Below are positions 11,099 through 21,684 of a DNA stretch of 64,000 nt, piece by piece. Below the pieces are notes generated by a model that was given only the letters and a program-made list of their open reading frames with translations, had not been told where the DNA came from and made no database searches. A program made the translations under genes and the position numbers. Numbering within the stretch: position 1 is the first letter of the stretch; each line of letters starts with the position of its first letter. The DNA is from an uncultured Methylobacter sp. (GTDB lineage: Bacteria > Pseudomonadota > Gammaproteobacteria > Methylococcales > Methylomonadaceae), in assembly GCA_903832775.1 (NCBI GenBank), contig CAILCX010000100.1, positions 41,937 to 105,936 on the forward strand. The letters run 5' to 3'.

Positions 11099-11164
11099 GT
11101 CGGGTTAGCGTAATGTAACCCGACGGATACCGCATTAGTTTGTTGGGTTACGTTGTTCTAACCC
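11099..11164. repeat. REP-like inverted doublet (two GGGTTA...TAACCC palindromes)
   Basis: GTCGGGTTA-N8-TAACCCGAC (11099-11124) and GGGTTA-N8-TAACCC (11145-11164) in opposite orientation. Confidence 0.75.
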
Positions 11165-11181
11165 GGAATCTATTGGTACTC

Positions 11182-11964
11182 TTAATTACCGTGGATCTCC
11201 GCATGTAAGGCACGGTACTCATCAGTTAACTTGTGGTTGGGAACATAATGTACCAGTGGTCTTGATTCTGAATGCGATTCCCTGACCTTGACTGACGGCG
11301 AGATCATGGCAGCTAGTACCGGCAAACCTTCAGCGATCAGTTCTTCGACTAATTGGCGCGGTAAATTGGCTTGTCTTTGAAACTGGTTGACGATGATGCC
11401 TTCAATTTCTAGGTTATGGTTATGGTCGGCTTTAATTTCGCTTACTACTTGCATCAAAGAATACAAGGCATCTCTGGCAAAAGTGTCGCAATCAAAAGGA
11501 ATCAGGCATTTGTCCGCAGCGATTAAGGCGGATTGGCTGTAGAAATTCAGGATGGGGGGGGTATCCATGTACACCATATCAAAGCCTTCCAGTTTTTCCA
11601 GAGCTTCTTTAAGTTTAAAAATCTTCATTCGTGATTCCAGTCGACCTTGCAAGGGCTCAAGTTCGGGATGGGACGGAATGACAAAAAGATTGGGGAAAGG
11701 CGTTTCGTGTATTGCGCTTTCAAGACCGGAACCAGAAGCTCCGCCACCAAACAGCGATAAGCTCAGACAGTCCTTAAAAAAGTGGGCAATGGTTTTGTCG
11801 CTATCGCTGATTTTATTGCCGAGCAGGTATTGCGTTGAGTTGCCCTGAACATCGAGATCAATAACTAAGGTGCGCTTGCCTTCTACAGCACTGATGGCGG
11901 CTAAATTACACGTAATAGTCGATTTGCCGACGCCGCCTTTCTGGTTGAAAATGACTCTGCGCAT
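11182..11964 (-). CDS. Orphan ParA/Soj-family ATPase
   Basis: Deviant Walker A NQKGGVGKST, IDLDVQGN, DTPP. No parB adjacent. Confidence 0.9.
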   Translation of the reverse strand: MRRVIFNQKGGVGKSTITCNLAAISAVEGKRTLVIDLDVQGNSTQYLLGNKISDSDKTIAHFFKDCLSLSLFGGGASGSGLESAIHETPFPNLFVIPSHPELEPLQGRLESRMKIFKLKEALEKLEGFDMVYMDTPPILNFYSQSALIAADKCLIPFDCDTFARDALYSLMQVVSEIKADHNHNLEIEGIIVNQFQRQANLPRQLVEELIAEGLPVLAAMISPSVKVRESHSESRPLVHYVPNHKLTDEYRALHAEIHGN

Positions 11965-12022
11965 GTTATCCCCGTTAAATCAAATGGTTGAAAGTTTCAT
12001 TATAAAGCTTGAGCCGCTAATA

Positions 12023-12508
12023 TCAAATGCGGATAAAAGTTTTACCTTTACATTGCGGACATTCGGGGATTTCGCTGGGCGTTTTAAAAGCAATTTCTTT
12101 ACCGCAATCGTCGCAGATGAATGTACCTGGTACGGTAATATCGCCACTGTGATAGGTGTGCGCTTCGGCTAATTGTCCGATTTTGGCTAATTCCAGACGG
12201 GTTTTATCCGCCAGACTTAAAAACGCATCCAGTGTGAAGTTTTCAATTAATTCAATATCGAATTTAAACCATTCTGATAGCGAGTTCTTATCTTCCTCAG
12301 CGGATAAGCCGTGAGCCGCATGTTCAATGTCACGTTTAACGAATTTGGAAACCTTATCCAGGTCATCGCTGGTTAAGTTATTGTCTTTGCTTGTTTTTTC
12401 TTTTGAAATTTCCAGTGCGTCGGAAAAAGAATGTAAGGTATCTTCCATCGTTTCATGCAGATGTGACATGAACTCGGAATAGGCTGTTATAAGTTTGTTT
12501 TTATTCAT
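12023..12508 (-). CDS. Zinc-ribbon-containing protein (DUF1451-like)
   Basis: C-terminal CDDC...CPQC ribbon after a helical domain. ATG at 12508 preferred. Confidence 0.75.
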   Translation of the reverse strand: MNKNKLITAYSEFMSHLHETMEDTLHSFSDALEISKEKTSKDNNLTSDDLDKVSKFVKRDIEHAAHGLSAEEDKNSLSEWFKFDIELIENFTLDAFLSLADKTRLELAKIGQLAEAHTYHSGDITVPGTFICDDCGKEIAFKTPSEIPECPQCKGKTFIRI

Positions 12509-12592
12509 AGGGTTCAACTCCTGAAAATGAGGCTTTAGATTTAAGCAACTGTACGGTATTCTAACGCTTTTGACTGGTAAAAGACGAGAAGG

Positions 12593-15043
12593 ATGCAAGA
12601 AAATTATAAGCCGTTGGCAATTGAGCAAGAAGTACAGGCCACTTGGGAAGCTTCAGGTGTGTTTAATGTGTCGGAGTCTTCCACACAGGAAAAGTATTAT
12701 TGTTTGTCCATGTTCCCTTATCCCAGCGGCAAATTGCACATGGGGCATGTCCGAAACTATACCATCGGCGATGTTATTAGTCGCTACCAACGTATGTTGG
12801 GTAAAAATGTTATGCAGCCTATGGGTTGGGATGCGTTTGGTCTGCCGGCAGAAAATGCGGCAATGCAGCATGGCGTTCATCCGGCTGACTGGACTTACAG
12901 CAACATTGATTATATGCGTGACCAGCTTAAACGACTTGGTTTCGGCTATGACTGGAACCGTGAATTAGCGACTTGCGACCCGACTTACTATAAGTGGGAG
13001 CAGTGGTTTTTCTTGAAGTTGCTGGAAAAAGGTCTGGTTTATAAAAAAACCGCGCCGGTTAACTGGTGTCCGAATGACATGACTGTGCTGGCCAATGAAC
13101 AAGTCATCGATGGATGCTGCTGGCGCTGTGATACGCAAGTCGAACGTAAAGAAATTGCCCAGTGGTTTTTAAAAATTACCGCTTATGCCGATGAATTGCT
13201 CACCTCGCTGGAGGCGCTGGAGGGTTGGCCGGAGCAGGTTAAAACCATGCAGGCCAACTGGATAGGGCGTTCCGAAGGTGTGGAGATGGACTTTATCGTT
13301 TCTGATTGTCAGTCGGTCAGTATCTATACCACCCGTCCCGACACTTTGATGGGCGTAACGTATCTGGCTGTTGCCGCGGAGCATCCGCTGGCGTTGGCTG
13401 CTGCAGAAAACAATGCCGACATCAGCGCTTTCATTGCTGATTGCAAGATGATGGAAACCTCTGAAGCTGCCATGGAAACCATGGAAAAACGCGGCATAGA
13501 TTCAGGCATCAAGGCACTGCATCCGATTACCGGCGAACAGGTTCCGGTGTGGATTGCGAACTTTGTGTTGATGGGTTACGGCACTGGTGCGGTGATGTCG
13601 GTTCCTGCCCATGACCAACGTGATTATGAGTTTGCCAAAAAATACGGCATTGCGATTAAGCAAGTCATTTTTTCTGCGGATGACAGTGTGGCTGACGATT
13701 GTTCCGAGCAGGCATATACAGTAAAAGGCATGTTGAAAAATTCCGGCGAATTTGACGGACTGACCTCGCTACAGGCTTTTTCAGCCATTTCGGAAGCGTT
13801 GGAAAAAGATGACAAAGGCCAACGCAAGACCAATTTCAGGTTGCGCGATTGGGGCGTTTCCCGTCAACGTTACTGGGGCGCACCGATTCCGGTTATTTAT
13901 TGTGATGACTGCGGCACGGTTCCGGTTCCCGAGCAGGATTTGCCGGTGGAACTGCCCCGAGATGTGGTGCTGGATGGTTCTCAATCGCCGCTGGTCGCAC
14001 ATCCGACTTTTTCCCATGCTGATTGCCCAACATGCGGCAAAACTGCGCGTCGTGAAACTGATACCTTTGATACCTTTATGGAATCATCCTGGTATTTTGC
14101 GCGGTTTGCCGGTAATAATCCCGACTCAATGCTGGATGAAAGCGCAAAATACTGGCTGCCAGTCGATCATTATATTGGCGGTATCGAACATGCCATTTTA
14201 CATCTGTTGTATGCTCGGTTTTATACCAAGTTATTGCGTGATGAAGGCTTGTTGGTGTGTGACGAGCCGTTTAAAACCTTATTGACGCAGGGCATGGTGC
14301 TTAAAGACGGCAGCAAAATGTCAAAATCCAAGGGCAATACAGTTGATCCCCAAGGCTTGATTGACCAGTATGGCGCAGATACCGTGCGTCTGTTTATCAT
14401 GTTTGCCGCGCCTCCGGAGCAATCGCTGGAATGGTCTGATAGTGGCGTTGAAGGGGCGTTCCGGTTTTTGAAACGGCTCTGGAAACAAGCTTATCAGCAC
14501 AGTGAGGCAGGTGGATCGAAACTTACTTTAGATAAACAGACCTTAACTGAACAGCAACAAGCTGTGCGTCGCCAGTTACATCTGACTATCCAAAAAGTCA
14601 CCGATGATTTTGGCAGACGTTATACGTTTAATACCGTAATCGCTTCGAATATGGAGTTGGTCAATACTTTGTCCAAATTTATTGACGAAAGCGATAATGG
14701 CAAGGCAGTTCGACAGGAAGCGCTGGAAGCAATCGTGTTGATGCTTGCGCCGATAGTGCCACATATCTGTCATAAACTTTGGCAGGATCTTGGGCACCAG
14801 CAAGCAGTAGTCAGTGCTTCATGGCCAGTGGTTGATGCAACGGCCTTGGCGCAGGATACTTTGGAGATGGTGTTACAGGTTAATGGTAAGTTGCGTAGCA
14901 AGATGATGGTTGATATTACGGCAACTAACGAAGCAATAGAGGCAATGGCGTTGAGTGATGAGCATGTTATGCGCTTTATTGAGGGCAAGCCGGTTAGAAA
15001 GGTGATAGTAGTGCCTAAAAAACTGGTTAATATTGTTGTTTGA
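12593..15043 (+). CDS. leuS: Leucine--tRNA ligase
   Basis: [11 protein letters not shown] (HIGH), YTTRPDT editing domain, KMSKS; followed by lptE-holA. Confidence 0.99.
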   Translation: MQENYKPLAIEQEVQATWEASGVFNVSESSTQEKYYCLSMFPYPSGKLHMGHVRNYTIGDVISRYQRMLGKNVMQPMGWDAFGLPAENAAMQHGVHPADWTYSNIDYMRDQLKRLGFGYDWNRELATCDPTYYKWEQWFFLKLLEKGLVYKKTAPVNWCPNDMTVLANEQVIDGCCWRCDTQVERKEIAQWFLKITAYADELLTSLEALEGWPEQVKTMQANWIGRSEGVEMDFIVSDCQSVSIYTTRPDTLMGVTYLAVAAEHPLALAAAENNADISAFIADCKMMETSEAAMETMEKRGIDSGIKALHPITGEQVPVWIANFVLMGYGTGAVMSVPAHDQRDYEFAKKYGIAIKQVIFSADDSVADDCSEQAYTVKGMLKNSGEFDGLTSLQAFSAISEALEKDDKGQRKTNFRLRDWGVSRQRYWGAPIPVIYCDDCGTVPVPEQDLPVELPRDVVLDGSQSPLVAHPTFSHADCPTCGKTARRETDTFDTFMESSWYFARFAGNNPDSMLDESAKYWLPVDHYIGGIEHAILHLLYARFYTKLLRDEGLLVCDEPFKTLLTQGMVLKDGSKMSKSKGNTVDPQGLIDQYGADTVRLFIMFAAPPEQSLEWSDSGVEGAFRFLKRLWKQAYQHSEAGGSKLTLDKQTLTEQQQAVRRQLHLTIQKVTDDFGRRYTFNTVIASNMELVNTLSKFIDESDNGKAVRQEALEAIVLMLAPIVPHICHKLWQDLGHQQAVVSASWPVVDATALAQDTLEMVLQVNGKLRSKMMVDITATNEAIEAMALSDEHVMRFIEGKPVRKVIVVPKKLVNIVV

Positions 15044-15099
15044 GATGAAAGATGAAAGACGAAGGACGAAGGACGAAGAACAAAACTCGTCTTTCGTCC
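15044..15099. repeat. Heptamer tandem repeat with inverted copies (hairpin) between leuS and lptE
   Basis: GATGAAA x2 and GACGAAG x3 (15044-15078), then CTCGTCT TTCGTCC (15086-15099), the reverse complement of the same unit. Confidence 0.8.
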
Positions 15100-15127
15100 C
15101 TGAACCTCGAATTTTATAGGAAAACCT

Positions 15128-15625
15128 GTGTTAATAAATAAAGCAGCCATAGTTGTTGTAGCTATTATGTTGAGTGCTTGCGGCTATCATTTGCGCGGTG
15201 CGCTTGTGTTGCCGGCAAACATGAAAAATATTTATGTTGAAGGTGGTACTGCGCCGTTACTTGACCAGTTTAAGCAGGCGATTAAGTCATCCTCCGCAAA
15301 GCTGTCGTCTTCTCGAGCAGGTGCTGGCATTGTTATCAAGATATTTAACGAAGATTTTAGTCGGCGCGTTTTATCATTAAGCTCCCGTGGCAAGTCCAAC
15401 GAATTTGAACTTTACTATCGTCTGGAGTATGAATTTGCTAATGCGGGTGATGCAAAGTTGATGGATCGACAGACTGTTGAAATTAGACGTGAGTATTATA
15501 ATGACCAGCAATTTGTTATCGCAAAAGACAACGAAGAAGCAGGTATAAAAAATGAAATGTATCAACAGGCGGTGCAAACCATTGTTAATCGTGCCAGGGT
15601 GGTATTAGAGGCAGGCGCCAAATAG
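15128..15625 (+). CDS. lptE: LPS assembly lipoprotein LptE
   Basis: Lipobox LSACGYHLRG; position between leuS and holA. Confidence 0.93.
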   Translation: MLINKAAIVVVAIMLSACGYHLRGALVLPANMKNIYVEGGTAPLLDQFKQAIKSSSAKLSSSRAGAGIVIKIFNEDFSRRVLSLSSRGKSNEFELYYRLEYEFANAGDAKLMDRQTVEIRREYYNDQQFVIAKDNEEAGIKNEMYQQAVQTIVNRARVVLEAGAK

Positions 15626-15626
15626 C

Positions 15627-16631
15627 ATGCAGCTTAAGCCAGAACACATGGCGGCGGCACTGAAAAAAGAATTGTTGCCGGTTTATTTTTTAAGTGGTGA
15701 TGAACCTTTACAGCTGGGCGAGATTGCAGATGCGGTCCGGGCTGCGGCACGAAAAGCCGGTTACGATACGCGGGAAGTGCTTTCTGTAGATAGTGCTTTT
15801 TCTTGGAGTGAGTTATCCGAAGCGGCAGGCTCCTTATCTATTTTTGCCGACAAAAAAATTATCGATTTACGCTTATCCACCGGCACGCCCGGTTTAGATG
15901 GAGCTAAGGCATTAATCGCCTATTGTGAACGGCCTCCTGAGGACACCTTGTTGTTGATTACCGCTGCCAAGGTAGCTAGCGCTTCCTTGAAAACGCGTTG
16001 GTTTCAGGCTTTGGATAAGGCTGGCTGTGTGATTCAGGTCTGGCCGTTAGAAGGTCAAGACTTATTGCGCTGGTTACAGCAAAGAATGCAGGCACGCGGA
16101 CTTCAAGCTGAACCGGAAGGTTTAAAAGTTCTGGCTTCCAGAATTGAAGGGAATTTGTTGGCGGCAGCTCAGGAAATAGAAAAACTTTATGTTTTATATG
16201 GGGCAGGGCATCTTAGTCAGCAACAAATTTTTGATGTAGTGGCCGACAGTTCCAGATTTGATGTATTTAAACTGATGGATAGCGTGTTGGCTGCCAAGGT
16301 TGGGCGAATTTTGAAGATACTGTCAGGCTTGAAAGCGGAGGGTGTTGCCGCACCGGTGGTTTTGTGGGCTTTGACCCGTGAAGCAAGGGTATTAATAAAG
16401 ATTAAACGGGCACTGGCCTCGGGTCAGAATAGAGCCGTGGTTTTTAAAAATAATCAAATATGGGACAAGCGCCAGCAACTGGTCAGTGACGCATTGATAA
16501 GGCTCAGCGAGCTTGACCTTAATAAAATATTGACACTCAGTGCAAAGGCGGACAGGCAGATTAAAGGCCGCGAGCAAGGAGAACCCTGGGAAACGCTGTT
16601 AGCCGCATGTTTGATTTTTGCCCGACCGTAA
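15627..16631 (+). CDS. holA: DNA polymerase III delta subunit
   Basis: PVYFLSGDEPL, SIFADKKIIDL, EGNLLAAAQEIEKL, SRFDVF. Confidence 0.96.
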   Translation: MQLKPEHMAAALKKELLPVYFLSGDEPLQLGEIADAVRAAARKAGYDTREVLSVDSAFSWSELSEAAGSLSIFADKKIIDLRLSTGTPGLDGAKALIAYCERPPEDTLLLITAAKVASASLKTRWFQALDKAGCVIQVWPLEGQDLLRWLQQRMQARGLQAEPEGLKVLASRIEGNLLAAAQEIEKLYVLYGAGHLSQQQIFDVVADSSRFDVFKLMDSVLAAKVGRILKILSGLKAEGVAAPVVLWALTREARVLIKIKRALASGQNRAVVFKNNQIWDKRQQLVSDALIRLSELDLNKILTLSAKADRQIKGREQGEPWETLLAACLIFARP

Positions 16632-16926
16632 TTTTTGCTGTAGATCATCAAATTAGCCTCTGAAATTAAGCGATAAGCCTCGCAATAGGTATTCAAATTG
16701 CATTTATAAGGCTTCTGCTTAATATAAGAATATCTCTCCAAAATCTGTTTACGCTAAAATTACTTTGTAAATGGCCATGTTAGGCGTTAGACTTATTCAT
16801 AATTAATGATAAGTTGCGTAAAGCTAAAAAAACCTTCAGCATAAATATTAAGCCGTAGGATCAATTTGTTACAAGATTATAAAGCCCATCATTTCTATTG
16901 GTGCAAACTTCCTTTGGAGCGTAATT

Positions 16927-19560
16927 TTGACAATTATTACCGATACCACGCTTGTCGAAGCATTGAGTTCAAGCAGCGATCATAATGACCAATATCTTGG
17001 AATGCTTGCTCATGAACTTCGCAACCCTCTGAATCCTATTCGTAATGCTGTGCAACTGCTTAAAATGCAGAACTTCACTGATCCTATATTGGCAGAAAGC
17101 TGTAACGTCATTGACCGTCAGGTAACGCATATTGCTCAGTTGCTTGACGAACTGGTAAACGGCACTCATGTCATTCAGAACAAAGCAAGATTACTTACCG
17201 AATGTTTTGATCTTGCCGATATTGTGAAAGATGCTGTAGCAAACACTCATTTTCTGATTGATTCGCGTAATCAGGAGTTAATTATCTCTCAGACTAAGCA
17301 GGCACTATGGATTGAGGGCGATCGTGTCTGTTTGACGCATGTTCTTTCTGGTTTACTTAATAATGCTTCCAGGAACTCAGGCGTTGGAGGAAGAATTAAC
17401 TTAAATATTACTTCTGAGAACTCTGAAGCCGTTATCCAGGTTCGGTGTATGGGGGGCGGCATTTGTGTTGAAATGCTCCCGGATACCTTGTATCACTTTA
17501 CTCAAGCCGATGAACAAGGTGGACTTGGGTCGATGCTTACACATCAATTAGTTGCAAAACATGGTGGCACAATTAGGGAGGAGGACTACGGGATCGAGCA
17601 AGGTACTTTGGTTACAATTCGACTTCCAATATTAGTTATTGCGTCCCCTTTTTGTGAAGCAGAACCAACTGAAAAAAATTCAAACACACGTAAATTTCGA
17701 ATTCTGGTTGTAGATGACTATGTCGCGGCAGCAGAAAGTTTATCGATGCTTTTGCAATTGGAAGGGTATGAGGTGCAAATTGCAAATTGCGGTATAAAGG
17801 CACTCGAATTAACTCGTTCTTTTCAACCGCAAGTCGTATTACTGGATATTGGTCTTCCTGATCTGAATGGATATGAGGTCGCGACACAAATTAGGAGGTT
17901 GCCGGAAACAAAGAGTACACTTCTGTTTGCCTTAACGGGTTATGGCGGTCCTGAAGATTTTAAGTTGAGGCAAGCAGCCGGCTTTAAATATCATTTTATT
18001 AAGCCTTTAAACTTTGAAAAATTATCAGCCCTGTTGCGAGCTTCAAAGCAAGAGTTCCTTGGTAGCGTAACTGATATTGCACCATTAATAGGGAACTTTC
18101 CTGGCGTCATAAAAAAGCAGGATGATCAAAATTCAACATCAGATAAAAAAATACTTAATTCATTTTGCAGTAACCATGCAAACGATGTCTTGTTAATTAG
18201 ATTCGCTTATCAAAAAGGTGATATTGAGACTGCCGTAAAGCTTGTTTGCAAGTTTGATGATTACGCCAGTAAAACGGGTATTAACGTATTTTGCGATTTA
18301 GCTATAGATTTGAAACAAGTATTAATACAGCGTAATGATAGTTCTGTAACAGCTCTGTTGACTGAAATCGATCTCAAGCTAAACCAACTCATAGCTGAAA
18401 TTTACGGTATTGTTATCATGCAAGACCAGATATTGACGATTCAGCAATTTAATGAACAATTATTTAAGCTACTTGAAAATAACGATTTTATCAGCGATGA
18501 GTTTCTTAATCAGTTTAAAATCCAATTATCTCAGGATCAACAGACAGACTTTAACAGGCTAAGTCAACATGTTTTTGACAGCGATTATCCAAAGGCCAGA
18601 GAAGTTTTCGGTAAATTGATTAATTGTTCGTTTGGAAATACCGAATTAGCTTCTCAAGACCAACGTCCACTTATACTGATAGTCGATGATGAACGCATCA
18701 ATCAGGCATTGCTGGTTAAGTTGTTAGCGCCGGACTTCCAGATCAAAGTAACGGGGAATGGCTCTAAAGCACTCGAAATTGCTCAAGTTTCCCCACATCC
18801 TGATCTTGTTATACTCGATATTAACATGCCTGGAATGGACGGGTATGAAGTTTGTCAAAGATTTCGGGATAATCCGGTTACTTGTAATGCCCCCGTGATT
18901 TTTGTGACTGGCGCGTCAGACCAGAATTCTGAAACGCGTGGTTTGCAACTTGGTGCGATGGATTTCATCGCCAAGCCCTTTCACCCGGTTATTACTTTGC
19001 TACGAGTGCGAAACCTGATATTGCTCAAACAACAAGAAAAGCAATTAAGGCATCTGGCCCATTATGATGCGTTGACTAAAGTTCCTAACAGAATACTTTT
19101 GTATGACAGAATGAAACTGGCTATTGCACAAGCCAAGCGTGAGCAAAACATGCTTGCTGTGTGTTATCTGGATATTGACGGGTTCAAGCAGATTAATGAT
19201 GCCTTGGGCCATCAAACTGGTGACCAGGTTTTGATTGAAATTACTTTACGTATAGGCAGGATTCTTCGTGAGGGTGACACCATTGCCCGTTTGGGTGGCG
19301 ATGAATTTGTAGTATTACTGCCCAATTTGCATAATGTAGAAGAGTGCTTCGTCACCTTAAAGCGGCTACATGAAAATATTGCCGTGCCTATTATCATTAA
19401 TCATCAAACTTGTAATGTAACTGCCAGTATTGGCGTTAGTATTTTTCCTGATGATAATGAGGACATGGACGGCTTGCTTCGCTTTGCAGACCAAGCCATG
19501 TATATTGCCAAGCATTCCGGCAAAAATTGTTATCATATTCATAATGCTCTGCAGAAATAG
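16927..19560 (+). CDS. Chimeric signalling protein: HisKA-HATPase(degenerate)-REC-Hpt-like-REC-GGDEF diguanylate cyclase
   Basis: AHELRNPL H-box, two REC domains (VVDD..LLDIGLP..KP; IVDD..ILDINMP..KP), RLGGDEF with REGD I-site; TTG start. Confidence 0.88.
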   Translation: MTIITDTTLVEALSSSSDHNDQYLGMLAHELRNPLNPIRNAVQLLKMQNFTDPILAESCNVIDRQVTHIAQLLDELVNGTHVIQNKARLLTECFDLADIVKDAVANTHFLIDSRNQELIISQTKQALWIEGDRVCLTHVLSGLLNNASRNSGVGGRINLNITSENSEAVIQVRCMGGGICVEMLPDTLYHFTQADEQGGLGSMLTHQLVAKHGGTIREEDYGIEQGTLVTIRLPILVIASPFCEAEPTEKNSNTRKFRILVVDDYVAAAESLSMLLQLEGYEVQIANCGIKALELTRSFQPQVVLLDIGLPDLNGYEVATQIRRLPETKSTLLFALTGYGGPEDFKLRQAAGFKYHFIKPLNFEKLSALLRASKQEFLGSVTDIAPLIGNFPGVIKKQDDQNSTSDKKILNSFCSNHANDVLLIRFAYQKGDIETAVKLVCKFDDYASKTGINVFCDLAIDLKQVLIQRNDSSVTALLTEIDLKLNQLIAEIYGIVIMQDQILTIQQFNEQLFKLLENNDFISDEFLNQFKIQLSQDQQTDFNRLSQHVFDSDYPKAREVFGKLINCSFGNTELASQDQRPLILIVDDERINQALLVKLLAPDFQIKVTGNGSKALEIAQVSPHPDLVILDINMPGMDGYEVCQRFRDNPVTCNAPVIFVTGASDQNSETRGLQLGAMDFIAKPFHPVITLLRVRNLILLKQQEKQLRHLAHYDALTKVPNRILLYDRMKLAIAQAKREQNMLAVCYLDIDGFKQINDALGHQTGDQVLIEITLRIGRILREGDTIARLGGDEFVVLLPNLHNVEECFVTLKRLHENIAVPIIINHQTCNVTASIGVSIFPDDNEDMDGLLRFADQAMYIAKHSGKNCYHIHNALQK

Positions 19561-19811
19561 CTGTTGGAATTGCTATTGTTAATTTGTGTTTTTTGTAAGT
19601 GCCAACTTTTTAGCAAAAGATTGACATGGATGTAATAATACCAAAGCATAATCATTTCACTGATTTTGACCGTTCGTTTGTGAGAGGGAAATATAAATCT
19701 GTGTGTTTATTGAAAGATCTGTCGATTTTTATTTCTAAGTAAGGTTACCTCATGGTTTTCCATTACAAATGAGTTCTTGAATTCCACTATCCGCCTATAT
19801 TTGGAAAAATC

Positions 19812-20918
19812 ATGATTAAACCTTTTCTGGCACCAATGTTTGGACTGTTATTAATACTTACAAATAACGTTTTGGCTAATCAACTTAGCGTTCCGTTGCA
19901 AATTGATTATAGTTTAATAAAGAAGATATTAGTTTCTCAACTGTATATCGGGAAAGATAATGTTGCCGATGTCTGGAGCGATCACCAGGGTTGCAGCTAT
20001 TTGAAGCTATCCAATCCCGAGATTAGTGGTAAAAATGATCAAGTCCAGCTATTAAATGATGTTCAGGCGCGATTCGGTACAGGACTGGGTGGAAAATGCT
20101 TGACGCTTCTGGAGTGGGCAGGTGTTTTGGAAACGTTTCAGCAACCCACCTTGGATTCTGATCATTCAGTACTGACTTTTCCGATAACCCGTGCGACAGC
20201 TTATGATCGTAACGGCCATCAGTTATCTATCGATAAGCTTCAAGATTTGATCAAGCGAGTTGCTGAACCCAAGCTTGCTTCAGTAAAAATTGATTTAAAT
20301 GAATCAAAAGGTAAAATCGAACAAACCCTGATGCATTTTTTACCCAGGGATAATGCGGCGGAAGTTAAACAGATCCTGACGTCACTCAAGTTCAGTAATA
20401 TCAAGGCCGGAGAAAATGGAATCGGCGTTAAGCTAGATTTTAATGCGCCGGCCAAAAAGGTGGTAGCAAAGTCTGTTGCCGCTTTTAGCGAAGCAGAACA
20501 AAAACAGTGGCAAGCTGCCTGGCAGCAATGGGATGTGTTTTTGAGTTCAGCAATTAATCAGGCCACCGAAGATACAAAATCCGCTGAACTTCGGGAAACC
20601 TTACTGGCAATTTTAATGGATTCACGCACTGCTTTTCAGGCCGGTTTAAATGAACATTCAGGGGATGGCGCCGATCCGGTGCGGGTATTTTTTACCGACA
20701 CCTGGACTCGACTTGCACCGGCCTTGAAAACTATTGCCCAAGACTTGCCAGGCATTCAGGGCTTACGTTACATAACCTTTATAGCGGCAACCGATGTTAT
20801 TTACGAACTTGAACGAATAGGCGCGCCGTTTGGCCTGGATATTTCATCCGATGGCTTGCGTAACCTTGGACGTATTTTGATAGAGGGAAAACAACAGCAG
20901 GCTATCATTCAAAAATAG
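19812..20918 (+). CDS. Exported hypothetical protein
   Basis: 368-aa ORF with signal-peptide-like N-terminus; no family recognised. Confidence 0.75.
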   Translation: MIKPFLAPMFGLLLILTNNVLANQLSVPLQIDYSLIKKILVSQLYIGKDNVADVWSDHQGCSYLKLSNPEISGKNDQVQLLNDVQARFGTGLGGKCLTLLEWAGVLETFQQPTLDSDHSVLTFPITRATAYDRNGHQLSIDKLQDLIKRVAEPKLASVKIDLNESKGKIEQTLMHFLPRDNAAEVKQILTSLKFSNIKAGENGIGVKLDFNAPAKKVVAKSVAAFSEAEQKQWQAAWQQWDVFLSSAINQATEDTKSAELRETLLAILMDSRTAFQAGLNEHSGDGADPVRVFFTDTWTRLAPALKTIAQDLPGIQGLRYITFIAATDVIYELERIGAPFGLDISSDGLRNLGRILIEGKQQQAIIQK

Positions 20919-21684
20919 CCGCTTCAAGATTTTTACTGGAGATCAGGCCTTTCAAAACTGATTTGTCCTTGATGCCCCCAAATCGGGTGCCAGCAAGATT
21001 GGCACCGGTAAAATCGGCATCTTCCAGCTTACTTTCGGATAAATCTGCTCCTGACAAATCGGCATTAGTCAAATCAGCTCCGGAAAGATCAGCACCAAAT
21101 AACACGGTGTTCTTAAGAATACTTCCGGAAAGATTCACATGGCGCATCAGGGCGCGATTAAGATTGGCATCAGAGAGATCTGCACCTGACAAATTTACAT
21201 TATTTAAGCTGACCCGCATCAAGCCCATCGGCTGGTTCTTCATGTCAACGCCCCAATTAGCGTGAGATAGATTGGCATGACTAAGATTAGAACGATCGAG
21301 GTTGGCAATAAAACGACTCTCGGTAAGATTGGCCTTAGTCAAATTAGCTCCACCCATGTGTACGCCAAAAATACTGGTTTTGGATAGATTCGCGCCGGAA
21401 AGATTGATTTTTGACATCACGGTTAAATCCAGGTTTAGACCTGATAGATCACAATTACTTAAATTGGCGTTACGTAAATCGGCCCCCCATAAATCAGCAT
21501 TTCTAAAATCAAGACCTGACAAGTCCAGTCCGGTAAGGTTTTTACGACGTAATTGTGCGAGGTGAGTTTTATCAGCCTTGGCAAGACGCTGTTCTACGGT
21601 GGATCGATTTAATTCAGCCGCTGATGCTGATGATAGACAAAACACAGTCGCCAACAAGCTCAGACCGTAAAAATGGATTTTCAT
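20905..21684 (-). CDS. Secreted pentapeptide-repeat protein
   Basis: Signal peptide, then A(D/N)LxxA-type pentapeptide repeats interrupted by VDMKNQPMGLMRVSL; ATG at 21684 preferred. Confidence 0.9.
   Translation of the reverse strand: MKIHFYGLSLLATVFCLSSASAAELNRSTVEQRLAKADKTHLAQLRRKNLTGLDLSGLDFRNADLWGADLRNANLSNCDLSGLNLDLTVMSKINLSGANLSKTSIFGVHMGGANLTKANLTESRFIANLDRSNLSHANLSHANWGVDMKNQPMGLMRVSLNNVNLSGADLSDANLNRALMRHVNLSGSILKNTVLFGADLSGADLTNADLSGADLSESKLEDADFTGANLAGTRFGGIKDKSVLKGLISSKNLEAAIFE

Noticed and set aside
15044-15099. Possible CRISPR array or minisatellite at the leuS end
   Set aside because: Units are 7 nt with no unique spacers and no cas genes. Reported as a heptamer hairpin instead.
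16454-16741. 95-aa minus-strand ORF spanning the holA end and the intergenic region
   Set aside because: More than half is antisense to holA, and it has no motif or clear RBS.
20905-21684. Periodic DNA in the pentapeptide gene
   Set aside because: Fully explained by the protein-level pentapeptide repeat.
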